Assembly (NCBI GenBank): GCA_902805775.1
Contig: CADCUB010000052.1
Location: forward strand, 2,666-66,665
DNA: 64,000 nt
Reading direction: 5' to 3'
Source of the DNA: an uncultured Frankineae bacterium
GTDB lineage: Bacteria > Actinomycetota > Actinomycetes > Mycobacteriales > SCTD01
Shown: in pieces, positions 1 to 12,311 of the stretch
Numbering within the stretch: position 1 is the first letter of the stretch
Layout: the number at the start of each line of letters is the position of its first letter
Made by a program: the position numbers and the translations under genes
Notes under the pieces: model-generated
Seen by the model: the letters and a program-made list of their open reading frames with translations, nothing else
What the model was told of the DNA's origin: nothing
Database searches by the model: none

Positions 1-105
1 AAGGCCAACAACCTCGCTCAGGTGCTGGACGGCGACCTCGACCCCGTCATCTCGTCCCTGGTCGACGCCGACACCGCCGCCAAGCTCTCGGGGGACGACG
101 CATGA
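1..105 (+). CDS. prfA: peptide chain release factor 1, C-terminal fragment (gene runs off the 5' edge)
   Basis: Frame 1 is open from nt 1 to TGA at 103-105. The tail ...NLAQVLDGDLDPVISSL... resembles the conserved RF1 C-terminus. It lies directly upstream of prmC. Confidence 0.6.
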   Translation, partial: KANNLAQVLDGDLDPVISSLVDADTAAKLSGDDA

Positions 106-133
106 CCACTCGCGCACGCGCCGGGCAGTCCGC

Positions 134-1009
134 GTGAGCGCCCTGCGCACGGCGGTCCGCACCGCGACCGCACGTCTGGCGGAGGCCGGCGTCGGCAGCC
201 CGGAGCACGACGCCCGCGCGCTGGCCGTCCACGTCCTCGGCCTGGACCGGCCGTCCGACCTGCTCATGGTCGACGACCTGCGGCCCGAGCAGGCGACGGC
301 GTACGACCGGCTCGTCGCGCGCCGCGCGCAGCGGGTCCCCCTGCAGCACCTCACGGGCACGGTCGGGTTCCGCACGATCACCCTCGAGGTGGGTCCCGGC
401 GTGTTCGTCCCTCGGCCGGAGACCGAGTCGGTGGTGCAGTGGGCGGTGGACGCCGTGCGGCAGCGGGGCTGGACGGCCCCGCTCTGCGTCGACCTGTGCA
501 CCGGCAGCGGCACCATCGCCTTCGCCCTGGCCGCCGAGCTGCCCGGCGCCACCGTGCACGCCGTCGAGCGCGACCCCGACGCGCTGGCCTGGACCCGCCG
601 CAACGCCGCTGCCCGGGTGGCCGCCGGCGATCCGGAGGTGCAGCTGCACCTGGGCAGCGCCGAGGACGCCCTGCCCGGCTTCGACGGCCGTCTCGACCTG
701 GTCATCAGCAACCCGCCCTACGTCGCGACGACGGAGGCCCACATCCCCGACCCCGAGGTCGTCGACCACGACCCGGGGATCGCGCTGTGGGCCGGTGAGG
801 ACGGGCTCGACGTGGTCCGGCTCGTGGAGCAGGCCGCCCGCCGGCTGCTCCGGCCCGGCGGTCTGGTCGTGGTGGAGCACTCCGACCGCCAGGGCCGCAG
901 CGCTCCGGAGGTCTTCACGCAGGCGGACGGGTGGAGCGAGGTGCAGGACCACCGCGACCTCGCCGGCCGCGACCGCTTCGTCACCGCCCGCTGGACCGGC
1001 GCCGCATGA
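134..1009 (+). CDS. prmC: release factor glutamine N5-methyltransferase (HemK/PrmC)
   Basis: 291-aa ORF with a SAM-methyltransferase fold and the VISNPPYV (NPPY) motif. Position after prfA. Confidence 0.9.
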   Translation: MSALRTAVRTATARLAEAGVGSPEHDARALAVHVLGLDRPSDLLMVDDLRPEQATAYDRLVARRAQRVPLQHLTGTVGFRTITLEVGPGVFVPRPETESVVQWAVDAVRQRGWTAPLCVDLCTGSGTIAFALAAELPGATVHAVERDPDALAWTRRNAAARVAAGDPEVQLHLGSAEDALPGFDGRLDLVISNPPYVATTEAHIPDPEVVDHDPGIALWAGEDGLDVVRLVEQAARRLLRPGGLVVVEHSDRQGRSAPEVFTQADGWSEVQDHRDLAGRDRFVTARWTGAA

Positions 1010-1644
1010 TGGTCGTCGACGTGCGCGAGGACGCGATCGTCGGGGTCGTCCAGGCGGTCGCGGCGCTGCAGAAGGGCGAGCTGGCGGTGCTGCCGACCGA
1101 CACGGTCTACGGCGTGGCCGCGGACGCGTTCTCGCCGCCCGCCGTCGAGCGGCTCCTGGCGGCCAAGGGCCGGGGCCGGGACATGCCGGTCCCCGTGCTG
1201 GTCAGCGCCCAGCGGGGCCTGGACGGGCTGGCCGAGCACGTCACCGACGACATGCGCGCGCTCGTCGAGGCGTTCTGGCCCGGCGCGCTGACGCTGATCG
1301 TGCCGGCAGCGGCCACGCTGGCCTGGGACCTCGGCGAGACCCGGGGCACGGTCGCGGTGCGCATGCCCCGCCACCCCGTCACCCTCGAGGTGCTCGAGTC
1401 GACCGGCCCGCTGGCCGTCAGCAGCGCCAACCGCACCGGCGAGCCGCCGCCCGTCACGGCCGAGCAGGCCCGGGAGATGCTCGGCCCGTCGGTCGCGGTC
1501 TACCTCGAGGCCGGGCCGACGCCGGCCGCGGTCGCGAGCACCATCGTCGACCTGACCGGCGACCGGCCGCAGGTCCGGCGCACGGGCGCGCTGTCGCGCG
1601 AGGAGCTCGCAGCCGTGCTGCCCGGGCTCCAGGAGCTGCCCTGA
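1006..1644 (+). CDS. tsaC: L-threonylcarbamoyladenylate synthase (YrdC/YwlC/Sua5 family)
   Basis: ORF 931..1644 trimmed to ATG 1006 (ATGA overlap with the prmC stop). Motifs LPTDTVYGVAADA and SSANRTGEPP. Confidence 0.8.
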   Translation: MMVVDVREDAIVGVVQAVAALQKGELAVLPTDTVYGVAADAFSPPAVERLLAAKGRGRDMPVPVLVSAQRGLDGLAEHVTDDMRALVEAFWPGALTLIVPAAATLAWDLGETRGTVAVRMPRHPVTLEVLESTGPLAVSSANRTGEPPPVTAEQAREMLGPSVAVYLEAGPTPAAVASTIVDLTGDRPQVRRTGALSREELAAVLPGLQELP

Positions 1645-1671
1645 CGGCCCGGACGAGCCGACCCCTCCCGC

Positions 1672-1677
1672 TAGGCT
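1672..1677 (+). promoter_or_regulatory. candidate -10 hexamer TAGGCT for glyA (62-nt leader with an 8-bp hairpin 1689-1696/1711-1718 and a GAGGGAG SD)
   Basis: TANNNT hexamer in the 95-nt tsaC-glyA spacer. Sequence-only inference. Confidence 0.25.
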
Positions 1678-1739
1678 GACCGCACCGACCCCTGCCACCT
1701 CTGCGCTCGAGGCAGGGGCGCCGACGAGGGAGCAGCGCC

Positions 1740-3068
1740 ATGACGTTCTGGGGACCGGACTTCGACGAGCTGCAGCGGGTCGACCCCGAGATCGCCGGGG
1801 TGGTCGTCGACGAGCTCACCCGTCTGCGCAGCGGCCTGCAGCTCATCGCGAGCGAGAACTTCACGAGCCCGGCGGTGCTCGCCGCGCTCGGCAGCACGCT
1901 GTCGAACAAGTACGCCGAGGGCTACCCCGGCAAGCGCTACTACGGCGGCTGCGAGGTCGTCGACGTCGCCGAGCAGATCGGCATCGACCGCGCCAAGGAG
2001 CTGTTCGGCGCCGAGCACGCCAACCTGCAGCCGCACTCCGGCGCCAGCGCCAACCTCGCCGTCTACGGCGCCTTCCTGCAGCCCGGTGACACCCTGCTCG
2101 CCATGTCGCTGCCGCACGGCGGCCACCTGACCCACGGCACCAAGGTCAGCTTCTCGGGCAAGTGGTTCAACGCCGTCCACTACGGCGTCGCCCAGGGCAC
2201 CGAGGACGTCGACTACGACCAGATGCGGTCCCTGGCCCGCGAGCACAGGCCCAAGATCATCATCGCCGGCGGGTCGGCGATCCCGCGGCTCATCGACTTC
2301 GCGGCGTTCCGGGAGGTGGCCGACGAGGTCGGCGCGGTCTTCATGGTCGACGCCGCCCACTTCATCGGTCTGGTCGCCGGCCAGGCGATCCCGAGCCCGG
2401 TGCCGTACGCCGACGTGGTCACCTTCACCACGCACAAGGTGCTGCGGGGACCGCGCGGCGGGGCCCTGGTCTGCAAGGCCGAGCACGCCGCCAAGCTCGA
2501 CAAGGCGGTCTTCCCGATGATGCAGGGCGGACCGCTGATGCACGCCATCGCCGCCAAGGCCGTCAACTTCGGCGAGTGCATGACGCCCGAGTACCAGGCC
2601 TACACGCGCCAGGTGATCTCCAACGCGCAGGCGCTCACCGAGGCGCTGGCGGCCGAGGGCATGCGCCCGGTGACCGGGGGCACCGACACCCACCTCGCGC
2701 TGCTCGACCTGCAGGGCACCGGTGTGTCGGGCAAGGACGCCGAGGCGCGCTGCGACCGCGCGGGCATCGTGCTCAACAAGAACGCCATCCCGTACGACCC
2801 GCAGCCGGCGTCGATCGCCAGCGGCGTGCGCGTGGGCACCCCCAGCGTCACCACGCAGGGGATGACCGAGGGCGACATGAAGGAGATCGGCTCCCTGATC
2901 GGCCGCGCCGTGCGCGACGCCGACGGCTCGGAGGCCGAGGACGTCCGCCGGTCCGTCACCGCCCTCGTCCAGGCCCACCCGGCGTACGGCCGCGCCGACA
3001 CCGCGCCCGTCGAGCCCGCCCGTCCCACACGTGCGGCGACCGCCGCGGACAACCCCAGCCCGAGCTAG
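1740..3068 (+). CDS. glyA: serine hydroxymethyltransferase
   Basis: 442 aa. Motifs [31 protein letters not shown] and the PLP-lysine motif [12 protein letters not shown]. It has a roughly 30-aa Pro/Ala-rich C-terminal tail. Confidence 0.95.
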   Translation: MTFWGPDFDELQRVDPEIAGVVVDELTRLRSGLQLIASENFTSPAVLAALGSTLSNKYAEGYPGKRYYGGCEVVDVAEQIGIDRAKELFGAEHANLQPHSGASANLAVYGAFLQPGDTLLAMSLPHGGHLTHGTKVSFSGKWFNAVHYGVAQGTEDVDYDQMRSLAREHRPKIIIAGGSAIPRLIDFAAFREVADEVGAVFMVDAAHFIGLVAGQAIPSPVPYADVVTFTTHKVLRGPRGGALVCKAEHAAKLDKAVFPMMQGGPLMHAIAAKAVNFGECMTPEYQAYTRQVISNAQALTEALAAEGMRPVTGGTDTHLALLDLQGTGVSGKDAEARCDRAGIVLNKNAIPYDPQPASIASGVRVGTPSVTTQGMTEGDMKEIGSLIGRAVRDADGSEAEDVRRSVTALVQAHPAYGRADTAPVEPARPTRAATAADNPSPS

Positions 3069-3071
3069 CCT
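3066..3071 (+). promoter_or_regulatory. candidate -10 hexamer TAGCCT, 7 nt upstream of the wecA-like GTG (possible leaderless start). It overlaps the glyA stop codon.
   Basis: TANNNT at a fixed short distance from the start codon, with no SD between them. Confidence 0.25.
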
Positions 3072-3078
3072 CCGCCCC

Positions 3079-4212
3079 GTGCGGGAGTACCTGCTGGTCC
3101 TGTGCGTCGCGGCCGGCGTCACCTACCTGCTGACGCCGCTCGCGCGCCGCTTCGCCCTGGCGTTCGGCGCCGTGGCGCAGCCGCGCTCGCGCGACGTGCA
3201 CGCCGTCCCCATCCCGCGGCTGGGGGGCATGGCCATGTACGCCGGCGTGTGCGCGGCCTTCTGGCTGGCGAGCACCCTGCCGGCGCTCTCGCGGGTGTTC
3301 CGCTACTCCGACGTGCAGGCGATCGTGCTGGCCGGCGGGGTGATCGTCCTGATCGGGATCGCCGACGACCGCTGGGGGATCGACGCGCTGACCAAGCTCG
3401 CGGGTCAGGTGCTGGCCTGCGGGGTCATGGTCCTGTACGGCCTGGAGCTGCTGACGCTCACGCTGCCGGGGGTCGGTGCGGTGTCGCTCGGACCCGAGGG
3501 CGTGCCGCTGACGATCGTGCTGGCCCTGCTCACCGTGAACGCCCTGAACTTCATCGACGGGCTCGACGGCCTGGCGGCCGGCGTCGGCGCCATCGCCGCG
3601 CTGGCCTTCTTCGCCTTCTCCTACTCGCTGGCGAGCGGCTCCATCACCAGCGGCGTCGCCCAGGACCGCATCACCTCGCCCGCCCTGATCGCGGTCGTGC
3701 TGGCCGGCGCGTGCCTGGGCTTCCTGCCGCACAACTTCAACCCGGCGCGCATCTTCATGGGCGACTCGGGGTCGATGCTCATCGGTCTGATGCTCGCCGC
3801 GGCCGTGACCAGCCTCACCGGCCAGGTGAGCTACGCCAACCTGCCCCCGACGGCCGGGCTGCCGGTGCTGCTGCCCCTGCTGCTGCCGTTCGCGGTGCTG
3901 GCGGTGCCCTTCGTCGACCTGCTGCTCGCCGTCGTGCGCCGCACCCGGGCGGGCCGCTCGCCGTTCGCCCCGGACAAGGCCCACCTGCACCACCGGCTGC
4001 TCGAGATCGGGCACAGCCACACCCGGGCCGTGCTGATCATGTACTGCTGGACCGCGCTGCTGGCCTTCGCCTTCGTCGCCGTGTCGCTGTGGGGCGGCCC
4101 CCTGCCGGTGCTGGCCGTCGTCGGCACGGTGACGGCGCTGGCGCTGGGCCTGTCGAGCGTGCCGCGGCTGCGCGCGGCGAGCACCGGTGCCGGAGAGGGA
4201 GAGCCGCGATGA
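3079..4212 (+). CDS. wecA: UDP-GlcNAc:undecaprenyl-phosphate GlcNAc-1-phosphate transferase (MraY/WecA family)
   Basis: ORF 3031..4212 trimmed to GTG 3079, after the glyA stop. Polytopic membrane protein with [12 protein letters not shown] and FMGDSGS motifs. Conserved position upstream of the atp genes in Actinobacteria. Confidence 0.85.
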   Translation: MREYLLVLCVAAGVTYLLTPLARRFALAFGAVAQPRSRDVHAVPIPRLGGMAMYAGVCAAFWLASTLPALSRVFRYSDVQAIVLAGGVIVLIGIADDRWGIDALTKLAGQVLACGVMVLYGLELLTLTLPGVGAVSLGPEGVPLTIVLALLTVNALNFIDGLDGLAAGVGAIAALAFFAFSYSLASGSITSGVAQDRITSPALIAVVLAGACLGFLPHNFNPARIFMGDSGSMLIGLMLAAAVTSLTGQVSYANLPPTAGLPVLLPLLLPFAVLAVPFVDLLLAVVRRTRAGRSPFAPDKAHLHHRLLEIGHSHTRAVLIMYCWTALLAFAFVAVSLWGGPLPVLAVVGTVTALALGLSSVPRLRAASTGAGEGEPR

Positions 4213-4667
4213 CCGCACCAGCCCCCGCGTCGGCCTGGGCCGACCGGCCCGTCGCCGCCGCCCGCACCGGCCTGTTCGCCGCGCTGGCCTTCGCACCGGT
4301 GGCGGCACTGGCCGGTCTGCTGGCGGCCGGTCGCCCCGGCGCCCTCGGTGCCGCCCTGGGGTGCCTGGTGCCGGCCGCCGTGCTGCTGCTGACCTGGGGG
4401 GCCGTCGAGCTGGGGGCCCGGCGCTCGTCGACCGCCTTCGCCGCCCTGCTCATGGGGTCCTACCTGGTCAAGCTCGTGGTGGTCGGCGCGCTGCTCGCCG
4501 TCCTGCGCCAGGTCGACGGCGTCGACCGCACGGCCCTGGGGCTCGCCGCCGTCGTCGGGCTGCTGCTGGCCCTGGTCGTCGAGGCGCGGGTCATCACGAC
4601 GACCCGCGCGCCGTACGTCGAGCCGGCGCCGCGCCCGGGGGACCCGGACGTTTCGGAGCAACGCTGA
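4209..4667 (+). CDS. atp-operon-associated membrane protein (four predicted TM helices; resembles the Rv1303 class)
   Basis: ATG 4209 lies inside the long alternate ORF 3102..4667 (ATGA overlap with the wecA stop). Hydrophobic 152-aa product, in the conserved position before atpB. Confidence 0.6.
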   Translation: MTAPAPASAWADRPVAAARTGLFAALAFAPVAALAGLLAAGRPGALGAALGCLVPAAVLLLTWGAVELGARRSSTAFAALLMGSYLVKLVVVGALLAVLRQVDGVDRTALGLAAVVGLLLALVVEARVITTTRAPYVEPAPRPGDPDVSEQR

Positions 4668-4686
4668 CTGGTAGGTTCGCTCCGGG

Positions 4687-4938
4687 ATGAGCGCAGGCCA
4701 CGAGGGTGAGAGCCAGGTCTGGGGTCTCATCTCGACGCTCGTCGGCGGCCCCGCGGTCTGGGGTGCCATCGGCTACGGCGTCGACCAGCTGCTCGAGACG
4801 CAGGCCTTCCTCCCCGTCGGCGTCGTGGTCGGGTTCGTGACCTCGTTCTACATCGTGTACGTGAAGACGCAAGCCCAGCCGGTGGACAGCCGTCCTGCCG
4901 CCCCCCGGACCGACACAGGAGACGACGCGCCGACATGA
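4687..4938 (+). CDS. AtpZ/AtpI-family small membrane protein
   Basis: 83 aa with two TM helices (WGLISTLVGGPAVWGAIGYGVD.. and LPVGVVVGFVTSFYIVY). ATGA overlap with the atpB start. Confidence 0.7.
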   Translation: MSAGHEGESQVWGLISTLVGGPAVWGAIGYGVDQLLETQAFLPVGVVVGFVTSFYIVYVKTQAQPVDSRPAAPRTDTGDDAPT

Positions 4939-5795
4939 CGCTCGCCAGCACCGTGGGACCCGACGCCGCGTCAGCGGACGCCCCCGCAGGCCCTGTCCTC
5001 GCCTCCGTGTCCACGCCGCCGGACGCCTACGTGCCGCCGAGCATCGAGGAGTTCTTCTACGACCCGCTGTTCGGTTCGGGGATCTTCGCCGTCAACCGCA
5101 TCGTCCTCATGATGCTGCTCATGACGGGCCTGCTGTGCCTGCTGTTCGGGGTCGGCTTCCGCCGCCCGCAGGTGGTGCCCCGCGGTCTGCAGAACGTCCT
5201 GGAGACCGGCACCGAGTTCGTCCGCACGCAGATCGGCGACGAGGTCATCGGCAAGGAGGCCAGCCGCCGGTTCGCGCCCTACCTGACGGCGCTGTTCTTC
5301 TTCGTCCTCGCGATGAACATCACGTCGATCATCCCCGGGCTGAACCTGCCGATCAACGGCCTCGCGGCGCTCCCGCTGCTGCTCGCGATCCTCACCTGGG
5401 TGCTCTACAACTACCAGGGCGCGAAGTCGCAGGGGCTCGGCCACTACCTCAAGGGCTCGCTGTTCCCGCCCGGCATCCCGAAGCCGATCTACATCCTCGT
5501 GACGCCGATCGAGTTCATCTCGACGTTCATCCTGCGCCCGATCACGCTGTTCATCCGACTGCTGGCCAACATGATCGCCGGCCACCTGATCCTGGGCCTG
5601 TTCTACAGCGCGTCGACCTACCTGTTCCTCGGGTACCAGGACGGGCGCTGGTGGACGGCGCTGTTCGGCCTCGGCTCGTTCTTCGGGGCCATCGTCTTCA
5701 CCTTCTTCGAGGCGCTGGTCGCCGTCCTGCAGGCGTACATCTTCACGCTCCTGACCGCCGTCTACCTCGCCGGCTCCCTCGAGCCGGAGCACTAG
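4935..5795 (+). CDS. atpB: F0F1 ATP synthase subunit a
   Basis: 286 aa, polytopic, with the conserved RLLANMIAGHL arginine motif. Confidence 0.95.
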   Translation: MTLASTVGPDAASADAPAGPVLASVSTPPDAYVPPSIEEFFYDPLFGSGIFAVNRIVLMMLLMTGLLCLLFGVGFRRPQVVPRGLQNVLETGTEFVRTQIGDEVIGKEASRRFAPYLTALFFFVLAMNITSIIPGLNLPINGLAALPLLLAILTWVLYNYQGAKSQGLGHYLKGSLFPPGIPKPIYILVTPIEFISTFILRPITLFIRLLANMIAGHLILGLFYSASTYLFLGYQDGRWWTALFGLGSFFGAIVFTFFEALVAVLQAYIFTLLTAVYLAGSLEPEH

Positions 5796-6124
<329 letters not shown>

Positions 6125-6125
<1 letters not shown>

Positions 6126-6709
6126 TGTCCGTCGCCAGCGTGCTGCTCGCCGTCGAGGAGGGCGGCGAGAGCCACAACCCGCTCATCCCCAACGCCAACG
6201 AGCTGTTCTGGGGCACGATCTGCTTCGCGATCTTCGCGGGGTTCATGATCAAGTACGTGCTCCCGAAGGCCCGGGTGGCGCTGCAGGAGCGCACGGCCGG
6301 CATCGAGGGCAAGCTCGCCCAGGCCGAGCGCGACCGCGACGAGGCGCAGCAGCTGCTGGCGCAGTACCGGGAGCAGCTGGCCGACGCCCGCACCGAGGCC
6401 GGTCGCATCCGCACCGAGGCGCAGGCCCAGCGGGCGCAGATCGTCGAGGAGGCGCGCTCCGAGGCCCGCGCCGAGGCGGCGCGCATCACGGAGGCGGCCA
6501 GCGCGCAGATCGCCAGCGAGCGCCTGCAGGTGCTCACCGAGCTGCGCCGCGAGGTGGGCGGCCTGGCGGTGACGCTGGCCGGCAAGGTGGTCGGCGAGTC
6601 GCTCGAGGACGAGGCGCGCCAGCGCCGCACCGTCGAGCGGTTCCTCGACAGCCTCGACGGCTCGGCCGTCCCCGCGGGCGGCGGCGCCCCGATCGGGACG
6701 GCCCGCTAG
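6125..6709 (+). CDS. atpF: F0F1 ATP synthase subunit b
   Basis: ATG 6125 overlaps the atpE TGA. N-terminal TM helix followed by a long Ala/Glu/Arg/Gln coiled coil. Confidence 0.9.
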
Positions 6710-7518
6710 TGCAGGGCGCCAGCCGCGCGGCGCTCGCCAGCTCGCTGTCGGCCTTCGAGTCACGGCCGGTCAGCGCCGACGACGCCGTCGTCAGCGAGGG
6801 CCTGTACGCCGTCGCGCAGCTGCTCGACCGCGAGCCCTCGCTGCGCCGTGCGTTCACCGACCCGGCGAGCTCGGCCGACAGCCGGCGCGGGCTGGCGCAG
6901 GCCCTGCTCGGCGCGCAGCTCCCGGCACCCGCGCTGCAGGTGCTGTCCGACCTGGTCGGGGAGCGCTGGAGCGCCCCGGCCGACCTGCGCGAGGCCGTCG
7001 AGCTGTTCGCGGCCAACGCCGCGCTGCGTGCCGCGGAGGCCGCGGGTGAGCTCGACGACGTCGAGGACGAGCTGTTCCGCTTCGCGCGCCTGCTCGAGCG
7101 CGAGCCCGTGCTGCGGGCCGCGCTGACCGATCCCGGGCTGCCCGCCGACCGCAAGGCAGCGGTGCTGCGCGACCTGCTCGGGAGCCGGGCCCGAGCGACG
7201 ACGCTGCGCCTGGTCGAGGTCGCGGTCACCCGCCCGCGCGCCCGCTCGCTGGAGACGGCGCTCGACGAGCTGGCAGAGCTCGCGGCCCAGCGGCGCCAGC
7301 GCTACGTCGCGCAGGTCCGTGTGGCCCGCCCGCTCGAGCCGCAGCAGGAGACCCGGCTGCTCGCCTCGCTCGAGCGCCTGTACGGCCGCAAGATCCAGCT
7401 CCAGGTCGACGTCGACCCCTCGGTCCTGGGCGGCATCTCCGTGCGGGTCGGGGACGAGGTCCTCGACGGCACGGTGCGGCGACACCTCGAGGACGTGCGG
7501 CGCTCGTTCGCCGGATGA
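6709..7518 (+). CDS. atpH: F0F1 ATP synthase subunit delta
   Basis: 269 aa. The GTG start overlaps the last base of the atpF TAG. OSCP-like C-terminus (..[21 protein letters not shown]..). Confidence 0.9.
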   Translation: MQGASRAALASSLSAFESRPVSADDAVVSEGLYAVAQLLDREPSLRRAFTDPASSADSRRGLAQALLGAQLPAPALQVLSDLVGERWSAPADLREAVELFAANAALRAAEAAGELDDVEDELFRFARLLEREPVLRAALTDPGLPADRKAAVLRDLLGSRARATTLRLVEVAVTRPRARSLETALDELAELAAQRRQRYVAQVRVARPLEPQQETRLLASLERLYGRKIQLQVDVDPSVLGGISVRVGDEVLDGTVRRHLEDVRRSFAG

Positions 7519-7576
7519 CCTCACCGCACGACCCTCCACCCCCGCAGTCCGAACCGCAGAGAGCAGGGACACCCAC

Positions 7577-9226
7577 ATGACGGAGCTCAGCATCCGCCCG
7601 GAGGACGTCCGGTCGGCGATCGAGCAGTACGTCACGTCGTACAGCGCCGAGACCACCCGCGAGGAGGTCGGCACCGTCACCGAGGTCGGTGACGGCATCG
7701 CCCGCGTCGAGGGGCTGTACTCCACGATGGCCAACGAGCTGCTCGAGTTCGAGGGCGGCGTGCTCGGCCTGGCCCTCAACCTCGACACCCGCGAGGTCGG
7801 CGCCGTCATCCTCGGCGACCCGGCCGGCATCGAGGAGGGCCAGGCGGTGCGCCGCACCGGCGACATCCTGTCCGTGCCCGTGGGCGACGGCTTCCTCGGC
7901 CGCGTCGTGGACCCGCTCGGCCAGCCGATCGACGGCAAGGGCGAGATCGTCGCCGAGGGACGCCGCATCCTCGAGCTGCAGGCGCCCACGGTCGTCCAGC
8001 GCCAGCCCGTCGGCGAGCCCCTGCAGACCGGCATCAAGGCCGTCGACGCGATGACCGCCATCGGCCGCGGCCAGCGCCAGCTGATCATCGGCGACCGGCA
8101 GACCGGCAAGAGCGCCGTCGCCCTGGACGCCATCATCAACCAGCGCGAGAACTGGGCGACCGGCGACCCGAAGAAGCAGGTCAAGTGCATCTACGTCGCG
8201 ATCGGCCAGAAGGGCTCGACGATCGCCGAGATCGTCGGCCGGCTCGAGGACGCCGGCGCGATGGAGTACACCACCGTCGTCGCGGCGCCCGCGTCGCAGC
8301 CCGCCGGCTTCAAGTACCTCGCGCCCTACACCGGCTCGTCCATCGGCCAGCACTGGATGTACAACGGCCAGCACGTGCTGATCGTCTTCGACGACCTGTC
8401 GAAGCAGGCCGACGCCTACCGCGCCATCTCGCTGCTGCTGCGCCGCCCGCCGGGCCGTGAGGCCTACCCCGGCGACGTCTTCTACCTGCACAGCCGGCTG
8501 CTCGAGCGCTGCGCGAAGCTGTCCGACGATCTCGGCGGCGGCTCGATGACCGGTCTGCCGCTCATCGAGACCAAGGGCAACGACGTGTCGGCGTTCATCC
8601 CGACCAACGTCATCTCCATCACCGACGGGCAGATCTTCCTCGAGACCGACCTGTTCAACTCCGGTGTGCGCCCGGCCATCAACGTCGGCATCTCGGTCTC
8701 GCGCGTCGGCGGGTCGGCGCAGATCAAGGCGATGAAGTCGGTCTCCGGCCGGCTGCGCCTCGACCTGGCGCAGTTCCGCGAGCTGGAGGCGTTCGCCGCC
8801 TTCGGCTCCGACCTCGACAAGGCCTCCAAGGCCCAGCTCGAGCGCGGCGCCCGGCTCGTCGAGCTGCTCAAGCAGCCGCAGTACTCCCCGTTCCCGGTGG
8901 AGCGGCAGGTCGTGTCGATCTGGGCCGGCACCAACGGCTACCTCGACGACGTGCCGGTCTCCGACATCCGCCGCTTCGAGGCCGAGTTCCTCGACTTCGT
9001 CGGCCGCAGCCGCCCGGCGATCTACGACGCCATCGTGCAGACCGGCAAGCTGGAGGACTCGACCGTCTCGGAGATGGAGTCCGCGATCGGCGAGTTCAAG
9101 CGCTCCTTCACGACCGGCGAGGGCAAGAGCCTGGTCAACGAGGCGCCGGCCGAGGCCATGGACGCCGAGGAGCGCGGCCAGGAGAAGATCACCCGCTACG
9201 CGCAGCCTTCTTCTGTGAAGCGCTGA
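7577..9226 (+). CDS. atpA: F0F1 ATP synthase subunit alpha
   Basis: ORF 7319..9226 trimmed to ATG 7577 ([11 protein letters not shown]..). Walker [10 protein letters not shown]. Confidence 0.97.
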   Translation: MTELSIRPEDVRSAIEQYVTSYSAETTREEVGTVTEVGDGIARVEGLYSTMANELLEFEGGVLGLALNLDTREVGAVILGDPAGIEEGQAVRRTGDILSVPVGDGFLGRVVDPLGQPIDGKGEIVAEGRRILELQAPTVVQRQPVGEPLQTGIKAVDAMTAIGRGQRQLIIGDRQTGKSAVALDAIINQRENWATGDPKKQVKCIYVAIGQKGSTIAEIVGRLEDAGAMEYTTVVAAPASQPAGFKYLAPYTGSSIGQHWMYNGQHVLIVFDDLSKQADAYRAISLLLRRPPGREAYPGDVFYLHSRLLERCAKLSDDLGGGSMTGLPLIETKGNDVSAFIPTNVISITDGQIFLETDLFNSGVRPAINVGISVSRVGGSAQIKAMKSVSGRLRLDLAQFRELEAFAAFGSDLDKASKAQLERGARLVELLKQPQYSPFPVERQVVSIWAGTNGYLDDVPVSDIRRFEAEFLDFVGRSRPAIYDAIVQTGKLEDSTVSEMESAIGEFKRSFTTGEGKSLVNEAPAEAMDAEERGQEKITRYAQPSSVKR

Positions 9227-9229
9227 CGC

Positions 9230-11606
<2,377 letters not shown>

Positions 11607-11623
11607 GCCGCACCGCACTCGGC

Positions 11624-11660
11624 CCGACGGCCGGGCCCCGTACGGGGGCCCGGCCGTCGG
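11624..11660. terminator. GC-rich hairpin (16-bp perfect stem, 5-nt loop GTACG) between the convergent atpD and response-regulator genes
   Basis: 11624-11639 (CCGACGGCCGGGCCCC) pairs perfectly with 11645-11660 (GGGGCCCGGCCGTCGG). There is no U tract, which is common for actinobacterial terminators. Confidence 0.6.
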
Positions 11661-11669
11661 CGTGCCGGC

Positions 11670-12311
11670 TCAGCCGCCCAGCCCGGCCTCGCGGGCCCGC
11701 ACGATCGCCTGCGCGCGGTCGCGCACGCCCAGCTTGGTGAAGATGCTGGAGACGTAGTTGCGGACCGTCTTGTCCGACAGGAACAGCCGCCGGGCGATGT
11801 CGGAGTTCGAGGCCCCGGTCGCCATGAGCGCGAGGACGTCGCGCTCCCGCTCGACCAGCTGCGGGAACGGCTCCGGCGTCCCGACGGGACCCGAGGCGAA
11901 CATCTCCCGGAGCCGGTCGGCGACGCCCGCGCCGTAGACCGCCTCGCCGGCCGCCACGCCGCGCACCGCCCGCTCGACCTGCTCGGGCCCCGCGCCCTTG
12001 AGCAGGTAGCCCGCGGCGCCCGCCCGCAGCGCGGCGAACAGCATCGCGTCGTCCTCGACCATGGTCAGGACCAGCACGCGCACCGCCGGCGCCGCCGAGG
12101 TGATCCGTCGGGTGGCCTCCACGCCGTTGACCCCCGGCATGTGCAGGTCCATGACCACGACGTCGGGCCGGTGCGCGAGCGCCTGCTCGACGGCGGCGGC
12201 GCCGTCGGCGGCCTCCGCCACGACGGCCAGGCCGAGGTCCTCCAGCAGCAGGCGCAGCCCCGAGCGGAACAGCGGGTGGTCGTCGACGACGACCACCCGG
12301 GGTGCGCTCAT
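11670..12311 (-). CDS. NarL/LuxR-family response regulator
   Basis: This is the real 3' part of artefactual ORF 11670..15296. It starts MSAPRVVVVDDHPLF. Receiver Asp in VVVMDLHMPG; C-terminal HTH LSDKTVRNYVSSIFTKLGV. ATGA overlap with the kinase stop. Confidence 0.9.
   Translation of the reverse strand: MSAPRVVVVDDHPLFRSGLRLLLEDLGLAVVAEAADGAAAVEQALAHRPDVVVMDLHMPGVNGVEATRRITSAAPAVRVLVLTMVEDDAMLFAALRAGAAGYLLKGAGPEQVERAVRGVAAGEAVYGAGVADRLREMFASGPVGTPEPFPQLVERERDVLALMATGASNSDIARRLFLSDKTVRNYVSSIFTKLGVRDRAQAIVRAREAGLGG

Noticed and set aside
1645-1739. Possible ZTP (pfl) or THF riboswitch in the glyA leader, as seen upstream of glyA/folD in some Actinobacteria
   Set aside because: There is only a simple 8-bp hairpin (1689-1718). 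I could not find the conserved ZTP pseudoknot or the CCGCCUGGGC-type motif. It should be checked with cmsearch, but there is no support by eye.
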